Source: Amoebidium appalachense | Lineage: Eukaryota > Protista > Ichthyosporea | Reading direction: 5' to 3' | DNA length: 64,000 bases | Assembly (NCBI GenBank): GCA_963693365.1 | Contig: CAVNZM010000012.1 | Location: 682,001-746,000, forward strand | Part shown: positions 53,623 through 64,000 of the stretch, piece by piece | Numbering within the stretch: the stretch's first letter is position 1 | How the letters are laid out: each line of letters opens with the position of its first letter | Made by a program: the position numbers and the translations under genes | Notes under the pieces: model-generated | Seen by the model: the letters and a program-made list of their open reading frames with translations, nothing else | Told to the model about the DNA's origin: nothing | Databases searched by the model: none

Positions 53623-54615
53623 GGCTAACGCTATCGAAACTGGCAATCTACAGCTAAACCGGATTTTAGGCACTTTGTGTATACACTGGTCAGAGATAAT
53701 AGAGCGAAGATAAAATATAGCTGAAGCCACACAGCTCAAAGTTGATGGATTCTAACAACAATAAGCAGCTCATAAAGTATGTGTGCACATTTTCAACAAT
53801 CACTCAGCTGGTGTGCTGCTCATTGGTGAGGACGTAATCCAATCGCTATCCTGCCGTTTTGGCCTAATGACCTACTGACCAATCCGGCCAGTGAAATCTA
53901 ATGACTGTTAGATTTCTATTTATACTCCAAATTCTAACTACAACATGGTTCACAATGCTTCTACATGGTATATACAAATTGTTCCTTTAAAAAAATTAAA
54001 GTAATTTGCTTATTCAATAAATGTCTTTTTGGAGCACCACTTTTTTAAATGGCAGAAGCCTCTGGCGCAACTTTGCATTGCCTGACACATCAAATTTGAT
54101 GACTATCACCTGAAAAAAACAACAACCAATCATTTGTGTCATTCGTTGTGGCAACATAAGCTTTCAAATGCCGTGTTTTTGATTAGTTATAAATCATTGT
54201 CGCTCAGTCATGAACTCATCTTAATCCATTCCTTATTATGGAAACATCATGCACATGTTTAGCTGATACTGTTTAAGCCAATCACATTTGCGAAAGACAG
54301 AATTTGTGGACTTTGTGGAGGCCGAAAAAAGTTTGGCCAGGCTTTTTCTCCACGAGCTCCCGTTTTTCACCCTTCGATACCAGTCCTTCTAGCCCAAACC
54401 TCCCTCCCTCCCCCCCCCCCCCCCCCCCCTCCCCCCCCCCCCCCCGTCCCCCTCCCCCTGCTCCCCACACACATCCCGCGTCCCTCCCTAACCCCCCCTC
54501 CCCCCGCCCTTTTGAACGCTGTCTGTTGTAAATCCCCAGTTTCACTGCCAGCTCAGCTTCCCCAGCTTTTATCTCTGATTAATGGGAACCGATTCCCAAC
54601 CTCGTGCCGTACAAC

Positions 54616-63570
<8,955 letters not shown>

Positions 63571-64000
63571 AAAACCAAATTCCGGCAAAAACACCGAAGA
63601 TTCAACCGCACGCCCCAAGTTGCAACCATCGTAGGATTCGGCCCCTGAGGCTTTGCGTATGCTGTCTTTTGTCGATTAGAGGGTAACGTCGTGCATGTGT
63701 ACGTGTGTGTCCGTTTGTTTTTTTGTGATCACGAGTATGTGCACGCACGTGCGTACGTGTGTTTTAAGGGGAAGGGGGGGGGGGGGGAGGGGGGGGGGGG
63801 GGGGGGGGGGGCAAACATAATATACTTCTCTAGTCACATACAGACACTATAGTTTAGGCTAGATTAAGTTGGCTTTGGTATAATATAACATATTTTAAAA
63901 AAATTATTTCATGGCGTGTGTGGGTTGGTGTGATTACAGTGCATTAGATATTGCGAATGTATGCATGACAGAAATAAACCGAGATACATTTGAAATCTTT

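Overview
Eukaryotic genomic DNA with spliceosomal GT-AG introns, most likely from a unicellular holozoan (ichthyosporean or choanoflagellate-like). That assignment is inferred from an animal-type myosin II regulatory light chain occurring together with VTC4. Eight protein-coding genes can be assembled by hand: a partial zf-MYND protein, nucleolin/Nsr1, phosphoserine phosphatase, a hypothetical membrane protein, VTC4, a coiled-coil/MBD-like/Q-rich protein, myosin RLC, and a bacterial-looking secreted beta-propeller. A ninth, an OST3/OST6 subunit, spans the end of the window. Introns and intergenic DNA are saturated with poly(C)/poly(G) and (CA)n/(GT)n tracts, which generate almost all ORFs in the supplied track (spurious). 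The most interesting signals are: (1) two apparently identical, inverted 678-bp structured elements plus many related short 3' tails that all end in poly(C), consistent with an active poly(C)-targeting Penelope-like retroelement system; (2) introns with (GT)n/G-runs at the donor and C-runs/(CA)n abutting the acceptor AG; (3) a probable horizontally acquired gene in a microsatellite-poor island. LINE 3' fragments, a TA-flanked MITE and tandem repeats are also present. All exon coordinates and similarities were determined by eye, with no database search.
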